Shown: positions 8,468 to 16,558, counted from the first letter of the stretch. The stretch is DNA of 43,284 nucleotides from a virus (IMGVR_UViG_3300031965_000064:1-43284); one strand, 5' to 3'. A program made the numbers and translations. The notes: generated from the letters alone by a model not told the origin.

Positions 8468-8688
8468 CCTACGACGACGGCTACATCGAGCTCTGGGGCG
8501 AGGTCTACCGCGCCAACCGGCTGCTGCAAGGTTACTGCCCGTTCGTGCAGTTCCTGGCGCGGCCGCGTTACTACCTCGAGCGCGTCGGCCACGCGCTGCT
8601 GCCGGAGCAGCTCGCGGTGCGGCGGCGCATCGACCACGAATCACGACCCACGAATCACGAATCACGGCCGTCAAGGAGATCCGCATGA
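8464..8688 (+). CDS. Hypothetical early protein (3' end formed by a heptamer array)
   Basis: RBS AGGAGG and ATGA coupling. Confidence 0.6.
   Translation: MTYDDGYIELWGEVYRANRLLQGYCPFVQFLARPRYYLERVGHALLPEQLAVRRRIDHESRPTNHESRPSRRSA
8635..8669 (+). repeat. Heptamer tandem array (CACGAAT)x5, degenerate
   Basis: CACGAAT CACGACC CACGAAT CACGAAT CACGGCC, just upstream of the next RBS. Confidence 0.85.
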
Positions 8689-9221
8689 ACTTCGCCAGCT
8701 TGCGTCACCAGATTTCGCATTTCGTCCACGAGTCGCGCGAGCCGCTCTCGAAGCTGCAGCTGCGCGAGATCTGCGACATGGCGGCCGACGACACGGCCCT
8801 CGCCAACGCGCTGTTCAATATGTGCAGGGACGGGCAGCTCACTCGGCACCCGGCGCCGGCGGGCTCCGGTGTCGGCGTGCGCTGGTGCTACGGCGTCGGC
8901 AAGGTGAAGCCGGGCGCGGAGCCGCCGGAAAACGATGCGGGGGGGGCGACCCGAGGGCCGGGAGATCGGGAGAGCGGGAAATCGAAGCGGCGGGCGAAGC
9001 ACGCCAAGGGAAGGAAGCACAAGATGCAGCGTAGGACTGCAAAACGGCCGCGCCAGGCCGCAACACCGAACGATCGTTCGCCCACGCCCGCCGGCATGTG
9101 GGCGCTGCGCAGCGATGGCGCGTTCGTCCTGCTCGGAGACGATCTGGGCCTGGTCGTGCCGCGCGCGGTGGCGAGATCGCTCGTGGACTTCATCCGCACG
9201 CTCGACGAGGGGCAGGCGTAA
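8685..9221 (+). CDS. Hypothetical, possible winged-HTH with basic linker
   Basis: RBS AAGGAG and ATGA coupling. Confidence 0.6.
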   Translation: MNFASLRHQISHFVHESREPLSKLQLREICDMAADDTALANALFNMCRDGQLTRHPAPAGSGVGVRWCYGVGKVKPGAEPPENDAGGATRGPGDRESGKSKRRAKHAKGRKHKMQRRTAKRPRQAATPNDRSPTPAGMWALRSDGAFVLLGDDLGLVVPRAVARSLVDFIRTLDEGQA

Positions 9222-9523
9222 TGAGCCGCCCGCGCATTTTCACCTACGAGCAGGACAGGGTGCTGCGCGCCAACTACGGGCCGCGCGGCGCGGCGTGGTG
9301 CGCGAAGCAGCTGGGATTCACCCTCGAGCAGATCTACGGGCGCGCGAAACGCCTGGGCGTCATGGGGACGCACGCCGCGCCGCGCTCGGGCGCCGGGCGG
9401 GCCTCGCCCAATTCTCGGCCTAACTATGACCACCGCGCGCTCGCCAAGGCGCTCGGCATGCCCGCGTCGCCGCCCGACCCCGGCGCCGTCCTCGAGCGCC
9501 ACTACATGGGTGGCCGGCCGTGA
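9221..9523 (+). CDS. Small HTH-like protein
   Basis: FTYEQDRVLRANY...CAKQLGFTLEQIYGRAKRLGV. Confidence 0.65.
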   Translation: MSRPRIFTYEQDRVLRANYGPRGAAWCAKQLGFTLEQIYGRAKRLGVMGTHAAPRSGAGRASPNSRPNYDHRALAKALGMPASPPDPGAVLERHYMGGRP

Positions 9524-9861
9524 CCATCACCCGCGACCAGGTCCTTGCCGCGCTCGCCCGCCACGTCGGGCGTGACAAGGGCGTGCGCATCCAGGAGCTG
9601 GTCTACGAGATCACCGGCGAGACGCCACGGAGCGAGGGCGCGGAGCGGAAGGTTCGCGAGCTCGTCTCCGAGCTGCGCGAATCGGGTGTCGCCGTCTGCG
9701 CCTACCCCGGCGACGGCTACTACATCGCCGGCAGTGCCGAGGAGCTCGAGCAATGCTGCGCGTTCCTGCGCTCGCGGGCGATGCACAGCCTGGTGCTGGA
9801 ATCGAAGCTGCGCAAGATCCCGCTGCCGGAATTGTTGGGACAACTTCGATTGAACACGTAA
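9520..9861 (+). CDS. Winged-HTH protein typical of Mu-like early regions
   Basis: ERKVRELVSELRESGVAVCA.PGDGYYIA motif. Confidence 0.75.
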   Translation: MTITRDQVLAALARHVGRDKGVRIQELVYEITGETPRSEGAERKVRELVSELRESGVAVCAYPGDGYYIAGSAEELEQCCAFLRSRAMHSLVLESKLRKIPLPELLGQLRLNT

Positions 9862-9873
9862 AAGGAGCGACAC

Positions 9874-10395
9874 ATGGCAGCAAAGAATCGCGTCAAGGCC
9901 ACAGCGGCGGCGTACTCGTCGCAGACACGGGACGATTGCATCGCCGACATCAAGCGGCTCGGCGACACACAGCGCGACCTCACCCGCCGGCAGGCCGACA
10001 TGAACGACGAGATCGCCGAGATCACCAAGCGCCACAGCGCCCGAATAGAGGCGCTTAACGACCAGGTAAACACCCTTCAAAAGGGCATTCAAACCTGGTG
10101 CGAGGCGAACCGCGCCGCCCTCACCGAGGGCGGCAAGGTCAAGAGCGCCAACCTCATCACCGGCGAAGTGCAGTGGCGCCAGCGCCCGCCGAGCTGCAAG
10201 GTGCGCAACGAAGAGGGCGTGATCGAGACCCTGGAGCGCCTCGACCTCGCGCGCTTCGTGCGCGTCAGGAAGGAAGTCAACAAGGAGGCGATCCTGCAGG
10301 AGCCGGACGCCGCGCGCGGTGTCGCGGGGCTCACCATCATCACCGGCGTCGAGGACTTCGCGATCACGCCGTTCGAGCAGGAGGTCGAGGCGTGA
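9874..10395 (+). CDS. gam: Host-nuclease inhibitor Gam
   Basis: IQTWCEANRAALT.GGKVKSANLITGEVQWRQRPPS...EVNKEAIL...GVEDFAITPFE signature. Confidence 0.93.
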   Translation: MAAKNRVKATAAAYSSQTRDDCIADIKRLGDTQRDLTRRQADMNDEIAEITKRHSARIEALNDQVNTLQKGIQTWCEANRAALTEGGKVKSANLITGEVQWRQRPPSCKVRNEEGVIETLERLDLARFVRVRKEVNKEAILQEPDAARGVAGLTIITGVEDFAITPFEQEVEA

Positions 10396-10577
10396 AGGTT
10401 GCAGTGCTCATCTTCGCGTGGCTGTTCTTGGTGCGCGTCATCGCGCGCCTCGTGTGGCTCGGTCTACTTGACTACCCGCGCGTTTTGAAGACCTCGCGCA
10501 GCGTGGATGCCTTTGCCGCCCTCGTCGACGCGGGCATCGCCGCCACCTTGTTCTGGCTTACATGGGGGGCGTCATGA
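10392..10577 (+). CDS. Small two-TM membrane protein
   Basis: GTGA overlap with gam. Hydrophobic. Confidence 0.55.
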   Translation: MKVAVLIFAWLFLVRVIARLVWLGLLDYPRVLKTSRSVDAFAALVDAGIAATLFWLTWGAS

Positions 10578-10783
10578 GTAGCGAGCGCGCCATCGACTTC
10601 ATCGTGCATACGTCCGTCCAGGACGGGCTGTGCTCGGCGACCTACGCAACGCCGGCGACGATCAAGAAGGCAATCGCCTACGAGAAACGGCACAGCAAGC
10701 GCTCGGCGCTGATCGGGGGCCTCGAGCGCGAGCTGCGCCGGCGGGCGAAGGGCGGGAAACGCGCGGGAGCTGGCGACGCATGA
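10574..10783 (+). CDS. Hypothetical early protein
   Basis: ATGA-coupled at both ends. Confidence 0.55.
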   Translation: MSSERAIDFIVHTSVQDGLCSATYATPATIKKAIAYEKRHSKRSALIGGLERELRRRAKGGKRAGAGDA

Positions 10784-11385
10784 CCTACCGCCCCGTCACC
10801 GACGTCGGCCTGTTCGCGCATCCGAAGGTGAAATATTACGGCGCGTTCCTCAACGGATCTCTGGAGCGCATGCGGCTGCCGCTCGGCGCGCAGATCCAGG
10901 ACCCCGTTCTTTTCGTCTGCGGCGGCAAGGTGCGCGAGTATCCCTGCGCCGGCTTCGGCCCGAACGACAAGACCGTCGACATCAACCCGAGGCTCAATCC
11001 CGACTACGTCATGGACGTCCGGCACCGGCTGCCGAAGAAGCGCGGCGGCTGGCGCGCGATGATCGTGGACTCGCCCTGGAGCAAGGAACAGGCGCGCAAT
11101 TACGGCACGGAGGAGCAATATCCGAGACCCGGCCCCCTGCTCAAGCTGTGTCTCGAGCACACGCGACCCGGCGGGCGCGTCGGCATTCTCCACTGGCTGA
11201 TGCCCAGCCCGCCAAAGGAAGTGCATGGCTGCAGGATCAAGTTAGTCTTCGCGCTGCCGATGGCGCTGTACAACAAGACCTGGCGCGGCTATGTCGTGTT
11301 CGAGAAGGTAGTACCGCGAGACGGGAAGCAGGGGCCCCGGTTTCCGGGGATGCGACCAGGCGAGCGGGGCAGGACGCCGACATGA
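10780..11385 (+). CDS. Putative amino (N6A/N4C) DNA methyltransferase, atypical
   Basis: Rossmann-like order VLFVCGG ... TVDINPRLNPDYVMD ... IVDSPW (DPPY-like) ... RPGGRVGILH. Confidence 0.6.
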   Translation: MTYRPVTDVGLFAHPKVKYYGAFLNGSLERMRLPLGAQIQDPVLFVCGGKVREYPCAGFGPNDKTVDINPRLNPDYVMDVRHRLPKKRGGWRAMIVDSPWSKEQARNYGTEEQYPRPGPLLKLCLEHTRPGGRVGILHWLMPSPPKEVHGCRIKLVFALPMALYNKTWRGYVVFEKVVPRDGKQGPRFPGMRPGERGRTPT

Positions 11386-11386
11386 T

Positions 11387-11575
11387 GTGGCCGATGTTCC
11401 AGATGATTCTGCGGAGGCGTCTGCCGTGACGCAGCTGCTCGAGATCCTGCGCCGCCTGTGGCCCTTCGTGCTACGGCGCACGCATGAGCGCGCGGTCGCG
11501 CGGCTGCAGCAGGCGCGCGAGGAAGACCGCAGACGCATCGAGGCGCTGGTGTGGTGGCGGGGAGAGAAGCCATGA
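11387..11575 (+). CDS. Hypothetical early protein
   Basis: Fits the operon tiling. Start uncertain. Confidence 0.45.
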   Translation: MADVPDDSAEASAVTQLLEILRRLWPFVLRRTHERAVARLQQAREEDRRRIEALVWWRGEKP

Positions 11576-11757
11576 TCGGCCGCTTCCTTCGCTGGATCAC
11601 CGGGCATCCGGCGCCGGACTGTACCTATATGGTACGGCACGACTGCCCGATCGAAGGCGCGGTGTCGATCGAGGCGGGGTTGCCGTGCGCCTGGTGCGGG
11701 AAAGTCGAGCCAGTGCCCATGCCCGCGGTATGGCGGTCGAACCGGAGGGCGGCGTGA
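11572..11757 (+). CDS. Small Cys-containing protein
   Basis: RBS GGAG, ATGA coupling, HDC..CAWC. Confidence 0.55.
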   Translation: MIGRFLRWITGHPAPDCTYMVRHDCPIEGAVSIEAGLPCAWCGKVEPVPMPAVWRSNRRAA

Positions 11758-11954
11758 GCGATCTTCGCTACACGCTCCAATGGCGACGGCATCTGCGCTG
11801 GAGGACCGCCAAGTCCTACGACGCCGAACGCGAGGACTTCGACGTGATCGAGCACGTAATGGGGCAGCTCGCGCGCCAGCACCCGCGCTTCGAGTTTCGC
11901 ATCCTGCTCATGCCGGCGAACGTGCTGGCGGCGCAGGTGAGGAGAGCGGCGTGA
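11754..11954 (+). CDS. Hypothetical early protein
   Basis: RBS GGAGG and GTGA coupling. Confidence 0.55.
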   Translation: MSDLRYTLQWRRHLRWRTAKSYDAEREDFDVIEHVMGQLARQHPRFEFRILLMPANVLAAQVRRAA

Positions 11955-12211
11955 GGCTCGATGCGCGCGTCAACCGAGAGGCCTGGTTTTGGTCAGTGTG
12001 GGACTGTGAACACTGCGAGCGTCTTCAGGACGTGGTGTGGGCCGATGACGAGACGGCGCAATACGGACGGTACCCCTACCGAGGCGCCAGGACGATTGTC
12101 ACTCACCAGGCCCGGCGCATTCGTTTCGCATTCGAGAATCAGGTGGTGCTCATCAACCCGCTCGACGACGCGACGATGCGGGAATCCGAGGTCGAGGAGG
12201 CGCACGCCTGA
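11951..12211 (+). CDS. Hypothetical early protein
   Basis: RBS AGGAG and GTGA coupling. Confidence 0.55.
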   Translation: MRLDARVNREAWFWSVWDCEHCERLQDVVWADDETAQYGRYPYRGARTIVTHQARRIRFAFENQVVLINPLDDATMRESEVEEAHA

Positions 12212-12339
12212 TGGACCTGCTCCTCCTCATCCTCAAGGGCGTCGGCGCCGTGTTGATCATCGCGGGCTTGTTCTTCCTCGGGCTCGCGGGCGCCATCTAC
12301 GCCGCCGTTAAACGCGAGCCACCGGAGGACTGGGAATGA
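12211..12339 (+). CDS. 42-aa single-TM protein (below ORF-track cut-off)
   Basis: MDLLLLILKGVGAVLIIAGLFFLGLAGAIYAAVKREPPEDWE. RBS GGAGG. Overlaps at both ends. Confidence 0.6.
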   Translation: MDLLLLILKGVGAVLIIAGLFFLGLAGAIYAAVKREPPEDWE

Positions 12340-12566
12340 GCGCGTGCCCGACCGGTTGCGGCCGCAGCGTCGCGCTCGGCAACCTGCTGTGCCGCACATG
12401 CTGGCACCTGGTGCCGCCGCAGCTCGCTGCCGACGTATGGCGGACCTGGCGGGCGTGGAAGAAGGACCTCGGATCGCGCGAGGCGAGCGCTGCGTACCGG
12501 GCCGCGTCCGATGCCGCGATCGCGGCGGTGCAGGAGCGGATCACGCAGAAGGAGCTGTTCGGATGA
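12336..12566 (+). CDS. Small zinc-finger-like protein
   Basis: CPTGC...LCRTCWHLVP motif common in phage early genes. Confidence 0.65.
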   Translation: MSACPTGCGRSVALGNLLCRTCWHLVPPQLAADVWRTWRAWKKDLGSREASAAYRAASDAAIAAVQERITQKELFG

Positions 12567-12742
12567 GATGGTGGGTTTTCAACCAGAAGCAGCTCGACGC
12601 CGCGCTTACGCGCTGGGCGCAGGACGGCAATTCGCACGGCTCAATCGAGATCCTGCGCCTGCAGCGCGACCTGGAGGCCGTGCAGGAGTTCCTGCAATCG
12701 GACGCGGCGCGCATCCACAAGCTGCGCGGAGATCCCGAATGA
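12563..12742 (+). CDS. Hypothetical early protein
   Basis: RBS AAGGAG and ATGA coupling. Confidence 0.55.
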   Translation: MRWWVFNQKQLDAALTRWAQDGNSHGSIEILRLQRDLEAVQEFLQSDAARIHKLRGDPE

Positions 12743-13380
12743 GCCGCCACTCGACCCTCGACACTCGACACTCGCGCCCGCAGGGCGCTCTGAACACCCA
12801 AGCCGTGAGTGGGGTCAAAAACCACGGCAGGCAGCACGGCAACTCGGCTCGATCCCCTATCCAGCCGACTCCTCCAACCGCGCAAGCGGCGCCGCGAGCT
12901 GCCCGCCCCGCGACCCACCGCCCGCTGCCTGCGGGCGATGCGGGGCGTACCTTATATGGTACCCAGCTCGGCGACGCCTTCGGGCGCGCGGGCTGGAGCG
13001 GAACTCAGGAAGCGCTCACGGCCGCGCGTGCCGGCAACGTGAAGCTCGTGGACGAGCTGGAGCTGGCGTGGCTCAACGCCTGGGGGCCGAAGCCCACACC
13101 GCCGGAGGACGTGCCGGCGCAGCTCCTGGAGGAGAACGGCTGGCGGCTCTACGCGATCGAGATCCTGCACGGCGGCGATGAGACGATGATCGAGTGGGGC
13201 TACGTCCAGCCGTGCCCGCGCTGCTGGCGTGCGATCTCGAAGCGCAAGGGCTGCCGCAAGTGCGAGGGCTGGGGCTATCTCAACGGTGGCGGCCATGAGG
13301 AATGCGCGATCTGGCGCTTCCAGACTGACACCGAGCTGCGCATTGTGCCGGACTCGCTGTCGAACTTTGGTGGCTACTGA
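12739..13380 (+). CDS. Hypothetical with C-terminal CxxC...CxxCxGxG zinc finger
   Basis: CPRC...CRKCEGWG. Start uncertain. Confidence 0.55.
   Translation: MSRHSTLDTRHSRPQGALNTQAVSGVKNHGRQHGNSARSPIQPTPPTAQAAPRAARPATHRPLPAGDAGRTLYGTQLGDAFGRAGWSGTQEALTAARAGNVKLVDELELAWLNAWGPKPTPPEDVPAQLLEENGWRLYAIEILHGGDETMIEWGYVQPCPRCWRAISKRKGCRKCEGWGYLNGGGHEECAIWRFQTDTELRIVPDSLSNFGGY
12748..12775 (+). repeat. Heptamer tandem array (CACTCGA)x4
   Basis: CACTCGA CCCTCGA CACTCGA CACTCGC, right after a gene junction. Confidence 0.8.
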
Positions 13381-13781
13381 TGCCCAAAGGCGTCCACTCG
13401 AATTATTCGCGCGCGAGCCGCCACGGCAGATGGCGGCGCGGGCCGATGCTCTCGTCGCACGGCTACGTGAAAATCCGGGTCGGGATCGGCCACCCGCTCG
13501 CCGATCGGCACGGCTATGCCTACGAGCACCTGCTGGTATGGGTCGCCGCCGGCAACCCGCGGCCGGCGAGATCCGTGTGCCTGCAATGGTTCAACGAGGA
13601 CCGTACCGACAACCGCATCGAGAACCTGTACCTGATCACCCGCGCCGAGCGGGAGCGCCGCCGCAACGCCCGGGTCATCCGCGATCCGCGCGGGCGCGTG
13701 CTCTCGAACGCTGTAACGCGCGCCGTCCAGCGCGGCGCCGCGGTGCGGTACCACTACGGCGACCGGAGGGTGGAGGGATGA
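13380..13781 (+). CDS. HNH endonuclease-like protein, catalytic His apparently lost
   Basis: GYVKIRV..HPLA..GYAYEHLLVW...QWFNEDRTDNRIENL (canonical motif is HHxNGxxxDNxxxNL). Confidence 0.7.
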   Translation: MPKGVHSNYSRASRHGRWRRGPMLSSHGYVKIRVGIGHPLADRHGYAYEHLLVWVAAGNPRPARSVCLQWFNEDRTDNRIENLYLITRAERERRRNARVIRDPRGRVLSNAVTRAVQRGAAVRYHYGDRRVEG

Positions 13782-14110
13782 TTCTATTCACTCTTAAACC
13801 ATCGTCGATTCATGGAGTGGGCGTTTTCGCCGTGAGGCGAATAGCGGCGCGTAAACGCCTTCCACTTTTTGGGGATCACGATTGGCGTTGGCTCTCCCAT
13901 CTTCCGAAGCATGAAGGTCAACGGCTCTGCACGAAAGGTGATGGCGGATTCTACGCACCTTGCGACTGGCATATGCTATCAGTCGGGTGGTTTTTGAATC
14001 ACTCTGAACAGCCAAATGTCTGTGCCAAAACATGGCGTTCTCTTCGCCCGATTCGTCTTGGTGAGGAATTAACTATCTTCTATCCAATACTCGGAGAAGA
14101 GAAGCCATGA
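13778..14110 (+). CDS. Minimal SET-domain (lysine methyltransferase fold) protein
   Basis: SSIHGVGVFA, FLNHSEQPN and GEELTIFY motifs. RBS GGAGG. Visibly AT-richer than its neighbours. Confidence 0.85.
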   Translation: MILFTLKPSSIHGVGVFAVRRIAARKRLPLFGDHDWRWLSHLPKHEGQRLCTKGDGGFYAPCDWHMLSVGWFLNHSEQPNVCAKTWRSLRPIRLGEELTIFYPILGEEKP

Positions 14111-14634
14111 CCGCCCACCCCGCCGACCGCCGCGCGGAGCTCGCCCGGATTCACATCCTGGCGGAGAGCCTCGGCATGGACACCGCGGACAAGCACCCGG
14201 CGAGCGAGTATCGCTCGACGCTCTTCGCCGTCGGCGGACCGACCGCGAGGCGCGGCGAGGAGATCTCGGCCGCCTTCCTCGACCACGTGGGCCGCAAGCG
14301 CGTGGTCGCGCACCTGGCCGCGCTCGCGCGGGCGCGGGGCATCAAGCAGAAACAGCCGCCGATCGGCAAGCCCGGGCGGCCCACGCCCGCCCCGGACCGT
14401 ACCAATATGGTACGGAAGATCCGCGCCATGCTCTACGAGGCGGGCCGCGCGGACGCCTACGCGGACGGCCTGGCCAAAAAGATGTTCCACGTGGAAATGT
14501 TCGAGTGGTGCGCGCCCGACCAGCTGCGCCGCGTGATCGCGGCGCTGTGCTACGACCGAGGACGCCGTGCCGCGCGCGAGGCGCGCGCGGCGGAGAAACG
14601 CGAGCACAATATGGCTTTACCCACGGGGGGATGA
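14107..14634 (+). CDS. gemA: GemA (DUF1018-type) regulatory protein
   Basis: RRAELARIHI...LGM...YR..L ... KIRAML......YADGLAKKMF....EW....QL..VIAAL. Lies before mor. Confidence 0.85.
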   Translation: MTAHPADRRAELARIHILAESLGMDTADKHPASEYRSTLFAVGGPTARRGEEISAAFLDHVGRKRVVAHLAALARARGIKQKQPPIGKPGRPTPAPDRTNMVRKIRAMLYEAGRADAYADGLAKKMFHVEMFEWCAPDQLRRVIAALCYDRGRRAAREARAAEKREHNMALPTGG

Positions 14635-14891
14635 TCATGGCGCAATTCGACCTATATGAAGTATCAAAGCACCACCGCGAACGGGTAATGGAGCTGTTCA
14701 ATCGTGCCCGCATCGATGTGGACAACTTCATTGCGGTTTGCGATGGGCTGGGCGGTCTCGATTGTCGCCGGAATCCGTCGGACGTTGAGCTGCTCACCGC
14801 GCTCGCCGAGAGGTTGTTGAAGGGCTGGGAATGGCAAATCATCGAGGTCGTAGGTGAGGTTCCTGATCTGATGATCGGCAGAAAGCTCTAG
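14631..14891 (+). CDS. Hypothetical protein, lower GC
   Basis: ATGA coupling. Confidence 0.55.
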   Translation: MIMAQFDLYEVSKHHRERVMELFNRARIDVDNFIAVCDGLGGLDCRRNPSDVELLTALAERLLKGWEWQIIEVVGEVPDLMIGRKL

Positions 14892-15175
14892 TGCCCTGCG
14901 TTCACATCAACGGTGCAATCGTCTGCTCGCGCGGGCGCGGCGCGCACCATCCATGCGGCACCTGCGGCGAGCTCGCCGGCTTCCAATGCGACTGGAAAAT
15001 CGGCGGCGGACCTGCGGTGTGGCAAGGCAGAACCTGCGACGCGTGGATCTGCGCGACCCACGCGCAGCAGGTCGGGCCGGACAAGCACCTGTGCCCCGAG
15101 CACCAGCGTACATATAAGGAATGGCTCGCCAAGCGGGTCGAATCACGAATCACGAATCACGAATCACCGTCCTGA
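14891..15175 (+). CDS. Cys/His-rich zinc-binding protein
   Basis: C..C....CDW...TCD..IC..H......HLCPEH. Confidence 0.65.
   Translation: MPCVHINGAIVCSRGRGAHHPCGTCGELAGFQCDWKIGGGPAVWQGRTCDAWICATHAQQVGPDKHLCPEHQRTYKEWLAKRVESRITNHESPS
15135..15167 (+). repeat. Left arm of 33-bp inverted repeat: GGGTC(GAATCAC)x4
   Basis: Exact reverse complement of 16555-16587. Confidence 0.92.
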
Positions 15176-15495
15176 TGGCCGATCCCGCGATCAAATACCC
15201 CGAGATCCTCGCAGAGCTGGCGGCCACGGTGGCCGCTTCCCTTATCGAGAACGGGATCGCGCCGAAAGTCGCGCGCGAAGCCGCGGAAAAGGCCGTCGAG
15301 GACGTGCGCGCGAACTTCGGCGGGCAGAACATCTACATTCCGATGGGGCTGGGCTACAACCTCGCGCGCCGCAACGCGGAGATCCGCCGCCGTCTTGCGG
15401 CGGGCGAGAATCGCGAGGCGATCCGCCGCGAGTTCGAGCTATCGGAGATGCAACTGCACCGCATCGAGGACGACGACACGCCCTCGCGCCGCTGA
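15175..15495 (+). CDS. mor: Mor/C-family late transcription activator
   Basis: YPEILAEL...FGGQNIYIP...RNAEIRR...G.N...I..EF.LS...L..I signature. Confidence 0.9.
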   Translation: MADPAIKYPEILAELAATVAASLIENGIAPKVAREAAEKAVEDVRANFGGQNIYIPMGLGYNLARRNAEIRRRLAAGENREAIRREFELSEMQLHRIEDDDTPSRR

Positions 15496-15509
15496 CTCCG
15501 CGAGCGGCT

Positions 15510-15557
15510 AATTCATAACACGTGTTGAAAGACTCACCGCGCCCGCGCCCCTAGCAT
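15510..15557 (+). promoter_or_regulatory. Late promoter 1 (lysis/packaging operon) with putative Mor box
   Basis: 26-bp AATTCATAACACGTGTTGAAAGACTC identical to 27614-27639. Palindrome AACACGTGTT. -10 TAGCAT at 15552. No -35. Confidence 0.8.
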
Positions 15558-15563
15558 GGGCGG

Positions 15564-16037
15564 GTGCTCGATTACATTCGCCACGTCATCTACCAGGCGG
15601 CGTTGCTGCAGTTGCCCGCGCGCATGGACTCGCACGCCGCGCGCGCGATGCTGACCGCGATCGGCATGCAGGAGTCGCGTCTGCGCCACCGCCGCCAGCA
15701 GGAAAACGGCCCGGCGCGCGGGTTCTGGCAGTTCGAGACGGCGGGCGTGCGCGGCGTGATCAAGCACGGCGCGAGTCGCACGCACCTCGTCCCGATCCTC
15801 GCCGCGATGCAATACGACGAGGAGGTCACCACCAGCTACACCGCGATCGAGCACAACGACATCCTCGCCTGCGTGTACGCGAGGCTCCTGCTCTGGACAC
15901 ACACGGCGCCGCTCCCGCAGAAGGGCGAGCGGGAGGTCGCGTGGCAGTACTACCTGTCGCTGTGGCGCCCGGGCCGCCCGCACCGTGAAACGTGGGATGC
16001 GTTCTTCGACCGGGCGTGGGAGGTAACCGCCGCATGA
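15564..16037 (+). CDS. Putative endolysin (lysozyme/transglycosylase-like)
   Basis: AIGMQES catalytic-Glu helix and GPARGFWQFE. First gene after the late promoter. Probably leaderless (GTG 7 nt after -10). Confidence 0.7.
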   Translation: MLDYIRHVIYQAALLQLPARMDSHAARAMLTAIGMQESRLRHRRQQENGPARGFWQFETAGVRGVIKHGASRTHLVPILAAMQYDEEVTTSYTAIEHNDILACVYARLLLWTHTAPLPQKGEREVAWQYYLSLWRPGRPHRETWDAFFDRAWEVTAA

Positions 16038-16364
16038 GGCTCATGGCCTTAGCCGCGATCGCGGCGCTCGCCGGCTGCGCGACGCTGCCCCCCCCCGGCG
16101 CAACCCGTCGCGGAACTGAAGCAGGACGACATCACGGTCTCGCTCTACAGCGAGCCGTGCGCGCTCGGCGCCGTGGAGAATCTGCAATATCGCGCGACCT
16201 GGGACGACCCGAAACGCGGGCACTTCGAGGGCTGCTACACAGTGCAGCATCAGACGATCGTCGTCCTCTACTTCGAGGACCGCATGGTGATCACCGCGCC
16301 GCTGCGCGTGTTCGCCCCGCCCGCGCCGCCGCAACCCATCAAACCACAACCTATTTCACTCTGA
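16034..16364 (+). pseudogene. Lipoprotein gene frameshifted at a C9 tract (16088-16096)
   Basis: Lipobox LAGC. With C8 the frame continues AQPVAELKQDD...EPC...FEGCY...PISL to the stop at 16364. Confidence 0.7.
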
Positions 16365-16375
16365 AGGAGCCAACG

Positions 16376-16558
16376 ATGAACGCACTCGAAGGCAAGAAGA
16401 CTTACGCCGGCATCGCCACCATGCTGCTCGCGTTCCTGGGGCAGCAACTCGGCGTCGACCTCGGCGACGGCACCGAGATCATCGCCGCCGTCGTCACGCT
16501 CGTCGGCGCCGCGCTCGCCATTTATGGGCGGCTCGTCGCCAAACCCACAAATCCGTGA
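16376..16558 (+). CDS. Putative holin (60 aa, two TM)
   Basis: RBS AAGGAG. GKKTYAGIA... with two hydrophobic helices and a basic C-terminus. Confidence 0.7.
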   Translation: MNALEGKKTYAGIATMLLAFLGQQLGVDLGDGTEIIAAVVTLVGAALAIYGRLVAKPTNP

